From Acinetobacter wanghuae (GTDB lineage: Bacteria > Pseudomonadota > Gammaproteobacteria > Pseudomonadales > Moraxellaceae), in contig NZ_CP045650.1 in NCBI RefSeq assembly GCF_009557235.1, positions 1,050,001-1,082,000 of the forward strand: 32,000 bases of DNA, written 5' to 3'. The notes under the pieces were generated by a model. The model had not been told where the DNA came from, did no database searches, and worked only from the letters and a program-made list of their open reading frames with translations. This document shows, one piece after another, positions 8,255 through 17,516 of the stretch; position 1 is the stretch's first letter, and each line of letters opens with the position of its first letter. Both the position numbers and the translations under genes were made by a program.

Positions 8255-10960
8255 TTAAGATTGTTCATGCATATGACTTGAAGGTTTAGTTTGAACATCG
8301 CTGCTTGATTCATCTTGCATGTCAATAGCGTCTGTTTCTGTAGCAGTGGTGTTATCTTGCTGCTTTAACTGTTTAGCTGCTTTTTTCTCAGCCTTCTTTG
8401 CCGCTTTTTCCTTTTTCTTTTGTTTGGCTTTCTTTTTCTCTTTTTTCGATGGCTCTTCTACCAATTCAGCACCATCTTCAATCGCTTGCCAATAATCAAG
8501 TTGATCCATCACAGCCGCAAAAATCGACTTCTTGGTATAACGACCTTTTTTGTCCATGGTGCCGACAGGGCGTGACATCAAGATTTCCAAGGCTTGAGCG
8601 ATGTTATCAATGGCATGAATATGGAATTGACCTTCCTCAACCGCAGTGATGACATCTTTACGTAGCATCAGATGCTGCATATTTTGACGCGGAATAATAA
8701 CCCCTTGTTTTCTGGTTAAACCTTGTAATTTACAAGCATCAAAGAAACCTTCAATTTTTGCATTGACACCGCCAATCGGTTGAACTTGACCCAATTGGTT
8801 CATAGAACCGGTAATTGCCCATGATTGATCGATGGGTAATTGGCTAATCGCAGAAATCAAGGCAGACAATTCAGCAACGGTGGCACTATCGCCATCGACT
8901 TGACCATAACTTTGTTCAAAGGCAAGGGCAGCTGAGAAATGTAAAGTTTGTTCGCGACCAAAATGCGCTTTTAAGAACGATGACATCAATAACACGCCTT
9001 TGGCATGTAATGAGCCACCAAGCTCTACGCTGCGTTCAATATCTAGAATATCGCCACCGCCTTGATATACCGATGCAGTTAAACGAGAGGGTAAACCAAA
9101 CTCAACATCGGCATATTGAATCACCGACAATGCATTGATTTGTCCTAGACGATGACCCCGTGTTTCAATCAGTTGTGTACCACGACTGAGATCTTGCCAA
9201 TAGAGTTCGCGTAAATAACCCAAACGATATTTACGGTGATCGAGTGCTGTATTGATATGTTTCTCAGATACGATTTTATCATCTGCTTTAAAGGCATGAT
9301 GATGTGCTTCACGAATCAAATCACCCAAGGTTAGGGCATGTAATGACAATGAACTTTGGTCTTCAGCTTGACGGCTTGAATCGGTAAGCAGTGCTGCTAA
9401 TGCTGAACGATCAAACGGCAATAACTTGTCTGCTTGCACATAATCGGCAATCAGTTGCATATAAGCCTGCTCATTATTGTCATTACGTTGTAATGTATCT
9501 GTAAAGTCGGCACGAATTTTAAAAATACTGCCAAGCTCAGGTTCAAGCTCTAAAATATCATAATAAATTTCAGGTTCCGCAAGTAATATTACTTTGATAT
9601 TCAAAGGAATAGATGCAGGCTCTATTGATATACTTCCTGTTAAAGTCAGCATATGCTCAAGCGAAGACAGCTTAAGATGCCCTGATTTTAAGGCACGTTT
9701 TAAACCTTGCCATGCATACGGCTGTTCAAGCAGTTGTTCAGCCTCAAGCATCAAATAACCGCCATTGGCTTTATGCAAGGTACCCGGACGAATAAGGGTG
9801 AAGTCAGTGGTAATGGTGCCATTTTGTGTCAGTTGTTCAACATGACCCAATAAATTGTAATGGGTTGGAAAATCTTCAAACAGAACTGGCGCACCGCTAT
9901 TCGGTTTATTGCTTACAATTACATTGGCTTGATAGCGTGAAGGCACACGACTGAACAAAGCCGGCGTGAAATCATCCTCTTCTTGTTCAAGTACAATTTC
10001 AACATTACTAATAATGTCTTCAGCATAATGCTTCAGATATTCTTCTAAACCTGCCACATCTTTAAACTTGGCAAGAATTTGCTCCATACGTGGCATGACC
10101 ACTTGTTTGGCAATATCACGATTTAGAATTTGCACTTGATCACGGGCATCATCTTCCAAATCACCCAAATGTAAGCCAAGACGTTCTAATTTTTTGTCCA
10201 TGTAACGCATATGGGTGGCGATTTCAGCACGATCTTTATTGCTTAGCGCATTGAGGTCTTCTTGGGTCATTTCCAAGGCTTGATCGTCGACAAAATGAAT
10301 CGGAACAAAAGTATGTTCTTCATTGCGAGTAATCAGCTTAAGATCAAATTCTTCGCCTTCGCGGGTCAGCTCAATTAACGCTTGATGTTGTTCTTCACCA
10401 GTTTGTTGGCGAATAAGTTCAATGCGATTGTGATAGCTTTCCGCGGTAAAACGACGTTCAAGCTGTTTTAAGGTGGTTTGCCAACTCTGATGTAACAGGG
10501 CTTGAAATTTTGGCCCTTGACCGGCAGGGAGTTCGAGTGCAATCGGTTGGCGTGGATTTTTAAAATTATTGACATAAACCCAATCATTTGGGGTTTGCAT
10601 GCTTTTTGCGTGTTGTCTGAGCAAGCGTTTAATCATGGTGCGCTTGCCTAAACCTGCAGTCCCCACGGCAAAGATGTTATAGCCTGAATAAGGGAGGGCA
10701 ATGCCGGCTTCGACTGAAGCGCGCGCGCGATCCTGACCTAAAAAGTTATTTAAAGGTTTAATGCGCTTGGTCGATGCTGGAATTTTATCAAGCTTCGGAA
10801 TATGCGTCAGTTGTGTCGATTTTAAACGCGTATGTTCAAGGGTCTTTTCTATTTCGCTTGGTTCAGCTGGCATAGTTTGGGTATCCGAACTGAGGGTTTC
10901 TACTGTTGTTATTGTATCGTTGCTGAGAGAAGAATTAATTTGATCGAGTTTTTGCGTCAC
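8255..10960 (-). CDS. Lon-family protease (AAA+ N-terminal region plus YcbZ/LonH-like C-terminal Ser-Lys protease domain) with lysine-rich tail
   Basis: Walker A is GTAGLGKRT. The C-terminal half closely resembles E. coli YcbZ as I recall it: GQINALSV, ELGGSLHAKG, FEQSYGQVDGDSATVAELSALISA, ITGSMNQLGQVQPIGGVNAKIEGFF. GTG start at 10960. ATG at 10873 is an in-frame alternative. Confidence 0.85.
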   Translation of the reverse strand: MTQKLDQINSSLSNDTITTVETLSSDTQTMPAEPSEIEKTLEHTRLKSTQLTHIPKLDKIPASTKRIKPLNNFLGQDRARASVEAGIALPYSGYNIFAVGTAGLGKRTMIKRLLRQHAKSMQTPNDWVYVNNFKNPRQPIALELPAGQGPKFQALLHQSWQTTLKQLERRFTAESYHNRIELIRQQTGEEQHQALIELTREGEEFDLKLITRNEEHTFVPIHFVDDQALEMTQEDLNALSNKDRAEIATHMRYMDKKLERLGLHLGDLEDDARDQVQILNRDIAKQVVMPRMEQILAKFKDVAGLEEYLKHYAEDIISNVEIVLEQEEDDFTPALFSRVPSRYQANVIVSNKPNSGAPVLFEDFPTHYNLLGHVEQLTQNGTITTDFTLIRPGTLHKANGGYLMLEAEQLLEQPYAWQGLKRALKSGHLKLSSLEHMLTLTGSISIEPASIPLNIKVILLAEPEIYYDILELEPELGSIFKIRADFTDTLQRNDNNEQAYMQLIADYVQADKLLPFDRSALAALLTDSSRQAEDQSSLSLHALTLGDLIREAHHHAFKADDKIVSEKHINTALDHRKYRLGYLRELYWQDLSRGTQLIETRGHRLGQINALSVIQYADVEFGLPSRLTASVYQGGGDILDIERSVELGGSLHAKGVLLMSSFLKAHFGREQTLHFSAALAFEQSYGQVDGDSATVAELSALISAISQLPIDQSWAITGSMNQLGQVQPIGGVNAKIEGFFDACKLQGLTRKQGVIIPRQNMQHLMLRKDVITAVEEGQFHIHAIDNIAQALEILMSRPVGTMDKKGRYTKKSIFAAVMDQLDYWQAIEDGAELVEEPSKKEKKKAKQKKKEKAAKKAEKKAAKQLKQQDNTTATETDAIDMQDESSSDVQTKPSSHMHEQS

Positions 10961-11156
10961 TGTTTAAGATCCAAAACGAAATATTGCGTGAATTAAGTTT
11001 AAGGTATACAGAATTACTTGAAAAATTCAAGCCAACATATCTGTTTTGACCGAAAATAAAAAATTAGCCCGCGATAAAATCATAAATTTTGTTGAAAGAT
11101 CGGCTATTAAAGGATTGAATAGCAGCTATTGGTTTTTTGCGGAAAATAATAAAGCA

Positions 11157-13325
11157 ATGACAACACAAACGACGGGTTGGAAATCCGCATTTACAGCATT
11201 TTTAGATCGACGTGCATTGATCATGCTGTTCTTGGGTTTTTCAGCAGGCATTCCCATTCTGCTCATCTTCTCCAGTTTATCACTTTGGTTAGGCGAAGCG
11301 GGCATTAGTAAAAGCGCGGTGACGTTTTTTAGTTGGGCAGCCTTGGGCTACTCCTTCAAATTTGTCTGGGCACCACTCATTGATGAATTGCCAGTACCAT
11401 TTTTGACCAAACTATTAGGTCGACGCCGTGCATGGTTGCTCATTGCACAAATTCTAATTATTTGCGCCATTGCCATTATGGCATTTTCAGATCCTGCATT
11501 AGGGCAAAGTCATATTCATCAAATGGCGTTGGGCGCTGTACTACTTGGTTTTTCTGCTGCAACACAAGATATTGTCATTGATGCCTATCGTATTGAGCTG
11601 GCTGAAACACAGCTGCAAACCGTATTGGCATCGACCTATAACGCGGGTTACCGTATTGGGATGATCGTGGCGGGTGCGGGTGCGCTGTTCCTTGCTGCGT
11701 ATTTAGGTACAGCCAAAGGCAACTATATATACGATGCTTGGAAATGGACGTATTTAGCGATGGCTGCGGTCATGTTGGTGGGTATTATGACTACCTTATG
11801 TATTCGTGAGCCTCAGGTTGATCGTGTCCGTAAGCATTATGTACGCACGGATTATTTCCGTCTTGTAGCGGTGTTTTTCTTATCCGTACTTGCTTTTGTT
11901 CTCAGCTATATTTACTCAGGCAATATCGTCAATCACACTGTTGAACAGTTTGCCATTACCGATACATTCGCACTCTTTTGCTTTGAAGCTTTACGTTTTA
12001 TTGGTTCAGGCGTAATGGCTTTTGCAATTGGCGCAAGCTTGGTGAAAATGGGCGCTGTTAATAAACAGATGGCGTATGAAACTTGGGTCAATCCGATCGC
12101 TGACTTCTTTAAACGTTATGGTTTAAAACTGGCATTGGTGTTGTTGTTGCTCATTGGTTTTTATCGCATTTCCGATATTATTGCCGGTGTGATTTCCAAT
12201 GTGTTCTACCAAGATCTAAACTTTAGTAAAGAGCAAATTGCGGAAGCAGTCAAAGTCTATGGTGTGATTTTCTCGCTGCTAGGCGGTTTCTTAGGCGGCT
12301 TGCTCGCACAAAAGATGAACATTATGAAATTGATGTTTGTCGGTGCAATTCTCGCCTGTGCGACCAACTTAATTTTTATTGGTTTAGTCAAATCAGGTCA
12401 GCCTTTAAAACCCGTTCAGATTTCAGTTGCGAATCAGACCTATCAGACTGAAACAGATGAAGTGGGTTATTGGAACATTAAGATTCCAAGCGAAGTGTTG
12501 GCACAAGACAAAGCGATTCAAGTGACGACTGCCTTTGCCAATGAAGCCACTGCAACGCAAGCACCTGTCACGGTATCAATGCCGTATTTAATCCAACAGA
12601 ATGGCAATGCACAGCTGCAAATTTTACCGATTACCAGTGATAACACGATTACGCTGCATGAGCAGGATGCCACGATTGTGATACGTGGTCAGTATTTGGG
12701 GCAAGCGTTAACAGCGGAGCAAAAGATTGTCCTTGAGCTGAATGATGAACGTATTGATGCCAAAGTGGATGAACAAGGCGTCTTTACCGCAGCGATTGTT
12801 GCACAAAAACTCAAAGATGCACCGACACATCTGTTGAGTGCGGTGTTGTTGCAGAATGATCAAGCCTTACAACAAGTGACACATGTCTATCAAGCCAATG
12901 ATCATTTGACCACAGCGCAAGATTTGGATATCAACATTGAGCCGATTGCTGCGATTGATCCCAATAGTAACAGCATGATTGAAGTGACCGGTAAAGTAGT
13001 TGAACCCTACAGTAAAGCATGGCTTTATTTTGCGATTATTGTCGATAACCTTGCTGCAGGTTTGGCGGGTGCTGCCTTTATTGCCTTTTTATCAAGTTTA
13101 ACCAGTGTTTCATTTACCGCAGTACAATATGCTATTTTTAGCTCACTCATGACCTTAACCCCTAAGATTTTAGGTGGCTATTCGGGTACTATTGTCACCA
13201 ATATTGGTTATCCAAAATTCTTCCTCATGACCACCTTGATTGGTATTCCCATTTTAATTTTGGTGGTTTGGGTGGCAAAATTATTGGGTGAACATCAACG
13301 TCAATCGATTCATAAGGATGAATAA
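11157..13325 (+). CDS. ampG: AmpG-family muropeptide/MFS permease with a large hydrophilic loop insertion
   Basis: AmpG-like N-terminus ([35 protein letters not shown]) and C-terminus ([35 protein letters not shown]). ATG 11157 is preferred over TTG 11046. A roughly 210-aa non-hydrophobic insert lies at about 12390-13020. Confidence 0.8.
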   Translation: MTTQTTGWKSAFTAFLDRRALIMLFLGFSAGIPILLIFSSLSLWLGEAGISKSAVTFFSWAALGYSFKFVWAPLIDELPVPFLTKLLGRRRAWLLIAQILIICAIAIMAFSDPALGQSHIHQMALGAVLLGFSAATQDIVIDAYRIELAETQLQTVLASTYNAGYRIGMIVAGAGALFLAAYLGTAKGNYIYDAWKWTYLAMAAVMLVGIMTTLCIREPQVDRVRKHYVRTDYFRLVAVFFLSVLAFVLSYIYSGNIVNHTVEQFAITDTFALFCFEALRFIGSGVMAFAIGASLVKMGAVNKQMAYETWVNPIADFFKRYGLKLALVLLLLIGFYRISDIIAGVISNVFYQDLNFSKEQIAEAVKVYGVIFSLLGGFLGGLLAQKMNIMKLMFVGAILACATNLIFIGLVKSGQPLKPVQISVANQTYQTETDEVGYWNIKIPSEVLAQDKAIQVTTAFANEATATQAPVTVSMPYLIQQNGNAQLQILPITSDNTITLHEQDATIVIRGQYLGQALTAEQKIVLELNDERIDAKVDEQGVFTAAIVAQKLKDAPTHLLSAVLLQNDQALQQVTHVYQANDHLTTAQDLDINIEPIAAIDPNSNSMIEVTGKVVEPYSKAWLYFAIIVDNLAAGLAGAAFIAFLSSLTSVSFTAVQYAIFSSLMTLTPKILGGYSGTIVTNIGYPKFFLMTTLIGIPILILVVWVAKLLGEHQRQSIHKDE

Positions 13326-13326
13326 T

Positions 13327-13728
13327 ATGCGCATGCTGCATACCATGTTACGCGTAGGCAATTTAGAACAGTCATTAGCGTTCTATACTGAAGTGCTTGG
13401 TATGACTTTACTTCGTAAACGTGATTATGAAGAAGGTCGTTTCACTTTGGCATTTGTCGGTTATGGCGATGAAGAAAATCATACTGTGCTTGAGCTGACG
13501 CATAACTGGGATACCACAAGTTATGATTTAGGCAATGGCTATGGTCATATTGCACTTTCGGTAGATGATGCTTACCAAGCGTGTGAAGAGATTAAAGCGC
13601 GTGGCGGTAACGTGGTTCGTGAAGCGGGTCCAATGAAAGGCGGTACAACCGTAATCGCATTTGTTGAAGATCCAGATGGTTATAAAGTTGAACTCATTCA
13701 ACAAGACCATAATGCACGTAACAACTAA
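13327..13728 (+). CDS. gloA: lactoylglutathione lyase (glyoxalase I)
   Basis: [47 protein letters not shown]...LELTHNWD...GYGHIA...[11 protein letters not shown] 13327 is preceded by AAGGA and lies 1 nt after the ampG stop. Confidence 0.92.
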   Translation: MRMLHTMLRVGNLEQSLAFYTEVLGMTLLRKRDYEEGRFTLAFVGYGDEENHTVLELTHNWDTTSYDLGNGYGHIALSVDDAYQACEEIKARGGNVVREAGPMKGGTTVIAFVEDPDGYKVELIQQDHNARNN

Positions 13729-13807
13729 GTTTAGTTGTAAGCGAATGAGATGAAAACAAGCTTGAGGGAATTTCATCTATTGCATTAAATAGTCTCATCC
13801 TCAAAGG

Positions 13808-13841
13808 TGCCCGGAATCTGCTAAGATGACCGGGCATTTTT
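13808..13841 (+). terminator. probable gloA terminator
   Basis: TGCCCGG (13808-13814), a 15-nt loop, CCGGGCA (13830-13836), then TTTTT. Confidence 0.55.
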
Positions 13842-13873
13842 ACGGCACAAAATAAGATGAGGGATAGGAAAGG

Positions 13874-14854
13874 ATGCTTAAATTATTGGCATTAGATCGC
13901 TTCACCATACTGCTATTTGTGATGGTGATTCTGGCCAGTGTAATGCCGGTCTCGGGACAAGCTGCTGACGTTTTTGGCTCAATTACCACAGTTGCGATTG
14001 CCATTTTATTTTTTTTACATGGTGCAAAATTGTCACGTGAAGCCGTGTTAGAGGGCTTAATGCACTGGAAATTGCATGGCTTGGTCTTCGCCTTTACCTT
14101 TGCGCTCTTTCCAATTTTGGGCTTGCTGGCAAAACCAATTTTATTGCCGATGTTGGGACAAGAACTCTATTGGGGCTTTTTGTTCATGTGTTTCTTGCCA
14201 TCGACTGTACAATCCTCGATTGCTTTTACTTCTGTGGCGCAGGGTAATGTTGCTGCAGCGGTATGCAGTGCCTCGTTTTCGAATATTATCGGGATGCTGA
14301 TCACGCCGTTATTGGTGGCTTATTTTATCTTGGGGCAGTCGACACATAATTTTGATCCGACCTCATCCATTCTACAAATTACCTTATTGCTGCTAGTGCC
14401 CTTTATTCTAGGGCAACTGCTACGTCCTTGGGTTTTCCCACAAATGAAAAAAATGCCGAAGATCGTTAAGGTGTTTGATCAAGGCTCCATTTTAATGGTG
14501 GTTTATGGTGCATTTAGCAGTGCGGTCGTGGCAGGGTTATGGCAGCAAGTCAGTTTAAGTACGTTGTTTGCATTAATGGTTGCATGTTCATTATTGTTGA
14601 CCATTATTATGCTGCTTACGCTATATATCCCACGCGCTTTGGGCTTTAATCGTGCGGATCAAAAAGCAATATTCTTTTGTGGTTCAAAAAAGACCTTGGC
14701 GAGTGGCGTACCAATGGCGCAGATTTTATTTATTGGGCAGCCGCTCGGTATGATTGTCTTGCCGATTATGATTTTCCACCAAATTCAATTGATGGTGTGC
14801 GGTATCATTGCCAATATGTGGTCAAAACACAGTGACGTGCGGATTGAAGAATAA
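13874..14854 (+). CDS. bile acid:sodium symporter (BASS/YfeH-like) family transporter
   Basis: 326-aa polytopic membrane protein. FFLHGAKLS, LPSTVQSSIAFTS and FCGSKKTLASGVPMA are typical of the family. Confidence 0.85.
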   Translation: MLKLLALDRFTILLFVMVILASVMPVSGQAADVFGSITTVAIAILFFLHGAKLSREAVLEGLMHWKLHGLVFAFTFALFPILGLLAKPILLPMLGQELYWGFLFMCFLPSTVQSSIAFTSVAQGNVAAAVCSASFSNIIGMLITPLLVAYFILGQSTHNFDPTSSILQITLLLLVPFILGQLLRPWVFPQMKKMPKIVKVFDQGSILMVVYGAFSSAVVAGLWQQVSLSTLFALMVACSLLLTIIMLLTLYIPRALGFNRADQKAIFFCGSKKTLASGVPMAQILFIGQPLGMIVLPIMIFHQIQLMVCGIIANMWSKHSDVRIEE

Positions 14855-14884
14855 TTCGCATATTCGCATCGCTTGACGTATAAT
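14855..14884 (+). promoter_or_regulatory. candidate sigma70 promoter of rpmE
   Basis: TTCGCA (14855-14860), an 18-bp spacer, then a perfect TATAAT (14879-14884). The -35 lies in a tandem ATTCGCAT ATTCGCAT duplication (14854-14869). Confidence 0.35.
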
Positions 14885-15046
14885 ACTGTCCACTTGTTGT
14901 GCTTAGCTCTGACGGTATCCGTCTCGGTGGGCCAAAAGAATGGTCTGTTATGGTGTTGATCTGCTTAATTTAAGCTTTCCTCATTTATTGAGAGTGATCA
15001 ATAGCGATGACAGCTAAACCTTCTTGAATCTAATGGAGAATCGACC
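14885..15046 (+). promoter_or_regulatory. long 5' leader of rpmE (possible L31 autoregulatory leader)
   Basis: About 160 nt of non-coding sequence lies between the candidate -10 and the rpmE ATG. It has several local hairpins, for example GACGG-tat-CCGTC, CTCA-tttat-TGAG, and TTGATC...GATCAA closing about 40 nt. Confidence 0.35.
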
Positions 15047-15271
15047 ATGCGTGCCGATATTCACCCAAAATACGAAACTTTAGTTGCTACTTGTTCATGT
15101 GGTAACGTTATCGAAACTCGTTCTGCACTTGGTAAAGAAACAATTTACCTAGACGTATGTTCAGCTTGCCACCCATTCTACACTGGTAAACAGAAGAATG
15201 TTGACACTGGCGGTCGTATCGATAAATTCAAACAACGTTTTGCTGGTATGTCACGTTCTGTTAAACGTTAA
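15047..15271 (+). CDS. rpmE: 50S ribosomal protein L31, zinc-ribbon (C+) type
   Basis: [26 protein letters not shown]...[14 protein letters not shown] matches L31 closely, with both Cys pairs present. GGAGA lies upstream. Confidence 0.97.
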   Translation: MRADIHPKYETLVATCSCGNVIETRSALGKETIYLDVCSACHPFYTGKQKNVDTGGRIDKFKQRFAGMSRSVKR

Positions 15272-15285
15272 TACCCAAAATGAAG

Positions 15286-15311
15286 AAAACGGGCTTTATG
15301 CCCGTTTTTTT
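15286..15311. terminator. rho-independent terminator of rpmE (usable from both directions)
   Basis: AAAACGGGC-tttat-GCCCGTTTTTTT. Confidence 0.8.
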
Positions 15312-15317
15312 GTGCCT

Positions 15318-15351
15318 GCTATTTACTGCATTGAATCGCGCAGTAAATAGC
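15318..15351. other. perfect 12-bp-stem hairpin without a U-tract
   Basis: GCTATTTACTGC (15318-15329), a 10-nt loop, GCAGTAAATAGC (15340-15351). It sits between convergent rpmE and the EAL-domain gene. Confidence 0.5.
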
Positions 15352-15362
15352 AAAGCGAAAAC

Positions 15363-17516
15363 TTAGTGTTCTTGAATATCAATCAGATGATCCAGCTTTT
15401 TCTGGAAATAATCACCTTGAATAAAGCGTGCCTCGACATTCCATGCATTCGCAAATAGCGTCATATCATTCAACTCGCGCATAATAATATTCAATGGTTT
15501 AATTTCATTGAAAGCAGTGATTTTTTCTTGCAACGTTTCAATCTCAGTATCTGATTTGAGCATATTGGTCAGCTTACGATCGAGTGTTAATGCCGACACC
15601 TGAATCTCTTTTAAAAGATTCGCACTGTACATTGATGCGCCAAAGTCACGAACCGCGATACGCGCGCCATGTTCATGCAATACACGGATATATTTCTGTG
15701 CATCCTCTTTATTCATCATAATATCTTCTTCAGAGAACTGAAGCGTCAATGGCTGATCCAATTTACTACGAATAATGGTAATCAGTTTAGAGATAAATTC
15801 AGGGAAGCTACGATCATTAAATAAGACAGCTTTGTTTAAATTGACAATTAAACGTGCTTCAGGATATTGAGTAATAAAGTTATGCAGTTGCTTACATGAC
15901 TCAACCAAAATCCAGCGATCAAGTTTAATCGACAGTTCAGGGTCTTCTGCGAGTTCACGTAAACTTGAAATATCGTGCCACTTATTTTCATAAATAAAGC
16001 CGCTGGTCACTTCATAGACATAAAGATCGGAATCTTGTTTGTCATAAAGCTGTTGATATTTCAGCAAAATATCACCGCGCTCTAGGCATTCACGTAACGC
16101 AAATAAAATGGAAACGGAACCTGTCGCTAAAATACCTGATGATTGACTTTCCTGTGGCTTAATCGTATCAGTAGGTCGTTCTTCAAGACTAAATTCAATT
16201 TTAGGGGTTGGCGTTGGTGCTTGAATATCAAGGCTAAATTCTGCAGATTGTTGATTTTGCGGTAAAGCAGTATCAAAGGCTTTGGCAATCACTTGTTCTA
16301 AATGCGCATCATCACGGATATCGCTGTCTAGAATGTGATAACCCATACGCAATTTGAGTGGATACGCACTGTTATTGGCGTTTAGCAACTGAGGTTTAGC
16401 CAACGCAGATAAACTAATTAATTTTGAGTCGAGTACCGCAGGCGAGTCCGCTTGGAACAAGCCAATATAGGCTTGGTGATCCAGCTTAAATAACGGTACA
16501 TGCGTTTGATCTTTGAGGAAGTTTTTAATGCCGTCAAAGTATGCAGAGAAAGTTGCCCAATCTGCATGTAAAACTTCAGATTCCACTGCAGCCAGTGAGA
16601 AGATGACCAAGGCATTGATTGGCGCGGGATCTTTCGCAATTTCTCGTTTTAACTGTTGAAGCGTACTTGGTTTCCCGATTTGATTTGCAGGGCTTGGCGC
16701 TGTGGCTGCTGATGTTTGCGTATCAATGGTGATCTGCAAGGCATCTTCTTCAACATTGGATGCTAAAAATTCGAGCTTAAGCGGATTCGCAGCCGTGAGA
16801 TTGGCGTTATTACTGTTGATCTCCAAGCCACCTAAATCAAATTGACCTTGCGAGATCTTTTTAAAGCGAGTCTTAAACTCATTTAAATCTTGTGGTTGCA
16901 ACATGTCGAGCAGTGGCAAACCGATAATGTCATCTTCAGACGTTAAGCCAAATAATTTTAAGTAATCTTCATTGGCTTGAATATGAATCCCTTCTTGGAT
17001 CACGGCAATGGCTTTATTGCTTTCTTCTACAAGCGTTTGTGCTTGGCTTTGTGCTGTTTCAAGTTCTGCCATTAAATGCGCTTGCGTTTGAACAAGACGA
17101 CTAAATGAAAGCGCGCGCACTAAACCTAAATAGAAACGTTGAGCGAAATCCAAATTTAGAATATCAAAAATCCCTTTTTGCACATACTGCGCGTATTGCT
17201 CAGGTTGATAGTCATCCGGTTTTAATAAAATAATCGGTAAATTGGGTTGATTGGACAAACGCACAATACTCAATGCTTGCTCATATTTTAAGTCATAAGC
17301 TCGACCAAAAATAATCAAATCCCAATTAAAATTCAGTTGTTTTTCAAAATTTTGCAAATCATCAAGGAGTACAGCATCGACTTGATATTCATTTGAAGTT
17401 AATAGATCGCGAATTTGATTAAATCGAATCTGATTATCATCGATAATGAGTAAACGTGTTTCGCTACGTTTTAACTTTTTTGACAATAATGGATTTCTCA
17501 CTTCAATGCTTCCCAT
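15363..17516 (-). CDS. FimX-like c-di-GMP signalling protein: pseudo-receiver, PAS, degenerate GGDEF, degenerate EAL
   Basis: REC-like N-terminus (RLLIIDDNQ...WDLIIFG, with Gly where the phospho-Asp is expected). PAS-like AIAVIQEGIHIQANEDYLKLFGLTSEDDIIGLPLLDML. The GGDEF position reads KLDHQAYIGLF. EAL fold at the C-terminus: YEVTSGF, LDRWILVESC, IVNLN, LQFSEED, RDFGASMYS. Confidence 0.8.
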   Translation of the reverse strand: MGSIEVRNPLLSKKLKRSETRLLIIDDNQIRFNQIRDLLTSNEYQVDAVLLDDLQNFEKQLNFNWDLIIFGRAYDLKYEQALSIVRLSNQPNLPIILLKPDDYQPEQYAQYVQKGIFDILNLDFAQRFYLGLVRALSFSRLVQTQAHLMAELETAQSQAQTLVEESNKAIAVIQEGIHIQANEDYLKLFGLTSEDDIIGLPLLDMLQPQDLNEFKTRFKKISQGQFDLGGLEINSNNANLTAANPLKLEFLASNVEEDALQITIDTQTSAATAPSPANQIGKPSTLQQLKREIAKDPAPINALVIFSLAAVESEVLHADWATFSAYFDGIKNFLKDQTHVPLFKLDHQAYIGLFQADSPAVLDSKLISLSALAKPQLLNANNSAYPLKLRMGYHILDSDIRDDAHLEQVIAKAFDTALPQNQQSAEFSLDIQAPTPTPKIEFSLEERPTDTIKPQESQSSGILATGSVSILFALRECLERGDILLKYQQLYDKQDSDLYVYEVTSGFIYENKWHDISSLRELAEDPELSIKLDRWILVESCKQLHNFITQYPEARLIVNLNKAVLFNDRSFPEFISKLITIIRSKLDQPLTLQFSEEDIMMNKEDAQKYIRVLHEHGARIAVRDFGASMYSANLLKEIQVSALTLDRKLTNMLKSDTEIETLQEKITAFNEIKPLNIIMRELNDMTLFANAWNVEARFIQGDYFQKKLDHLIDIQEH

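Noticed and set aside
8375-8460. Low-complexity CTTTTT/CTTTCTT-rich DNA that looks repeat-like
   Set aside because: It is the reverse complement of the AAG/AAA codons that encode the lysine-rich tail of the Lon-like protein. It has no regular unit or spacer structure, so it is not a CRISPR array or tandem repeat.
8398-10943. 83-aa (8398-8649) and 60-aa (10761-10943) + strand ORFs
   Set aside because: Antisense shadow ORFs inside the Lon-like protease gene.
11046-11156. TTG-initiated 37-codon extension of ampG
   Set aside because: The AmpG homology starts right after ATG 11157. The extension is hydrophilic, not family-like, and begins with a rare TTG.
13288-13326. Upstream extension of the gloA ORF overlapping the ampG 3' end
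   Set aside because: Canonical GloA begins [10 protein letters not shown] at 13327, preceded by AAGGA. The extension is only the ampG overlap frame.
13528-14300. 82-aa antisense ORF (13528-13776) and 74-aa alternative-frame ORF (14076-14300)
   Set aside because: They overlap gloA and the BASS transporter gene respectively. The products are Cys/Trp/Arg-rich or hydrophobic nonsense.
14873-14884. TTGACG directly abutting TATAAT upstream of rpmE
   Set aside because: The two hexamers are adjacent with no spacer, so TTGACG cannot be the -35 of this -10. An upstream TTCGCA with an 18-bp spacer is the weak alternative I reported.
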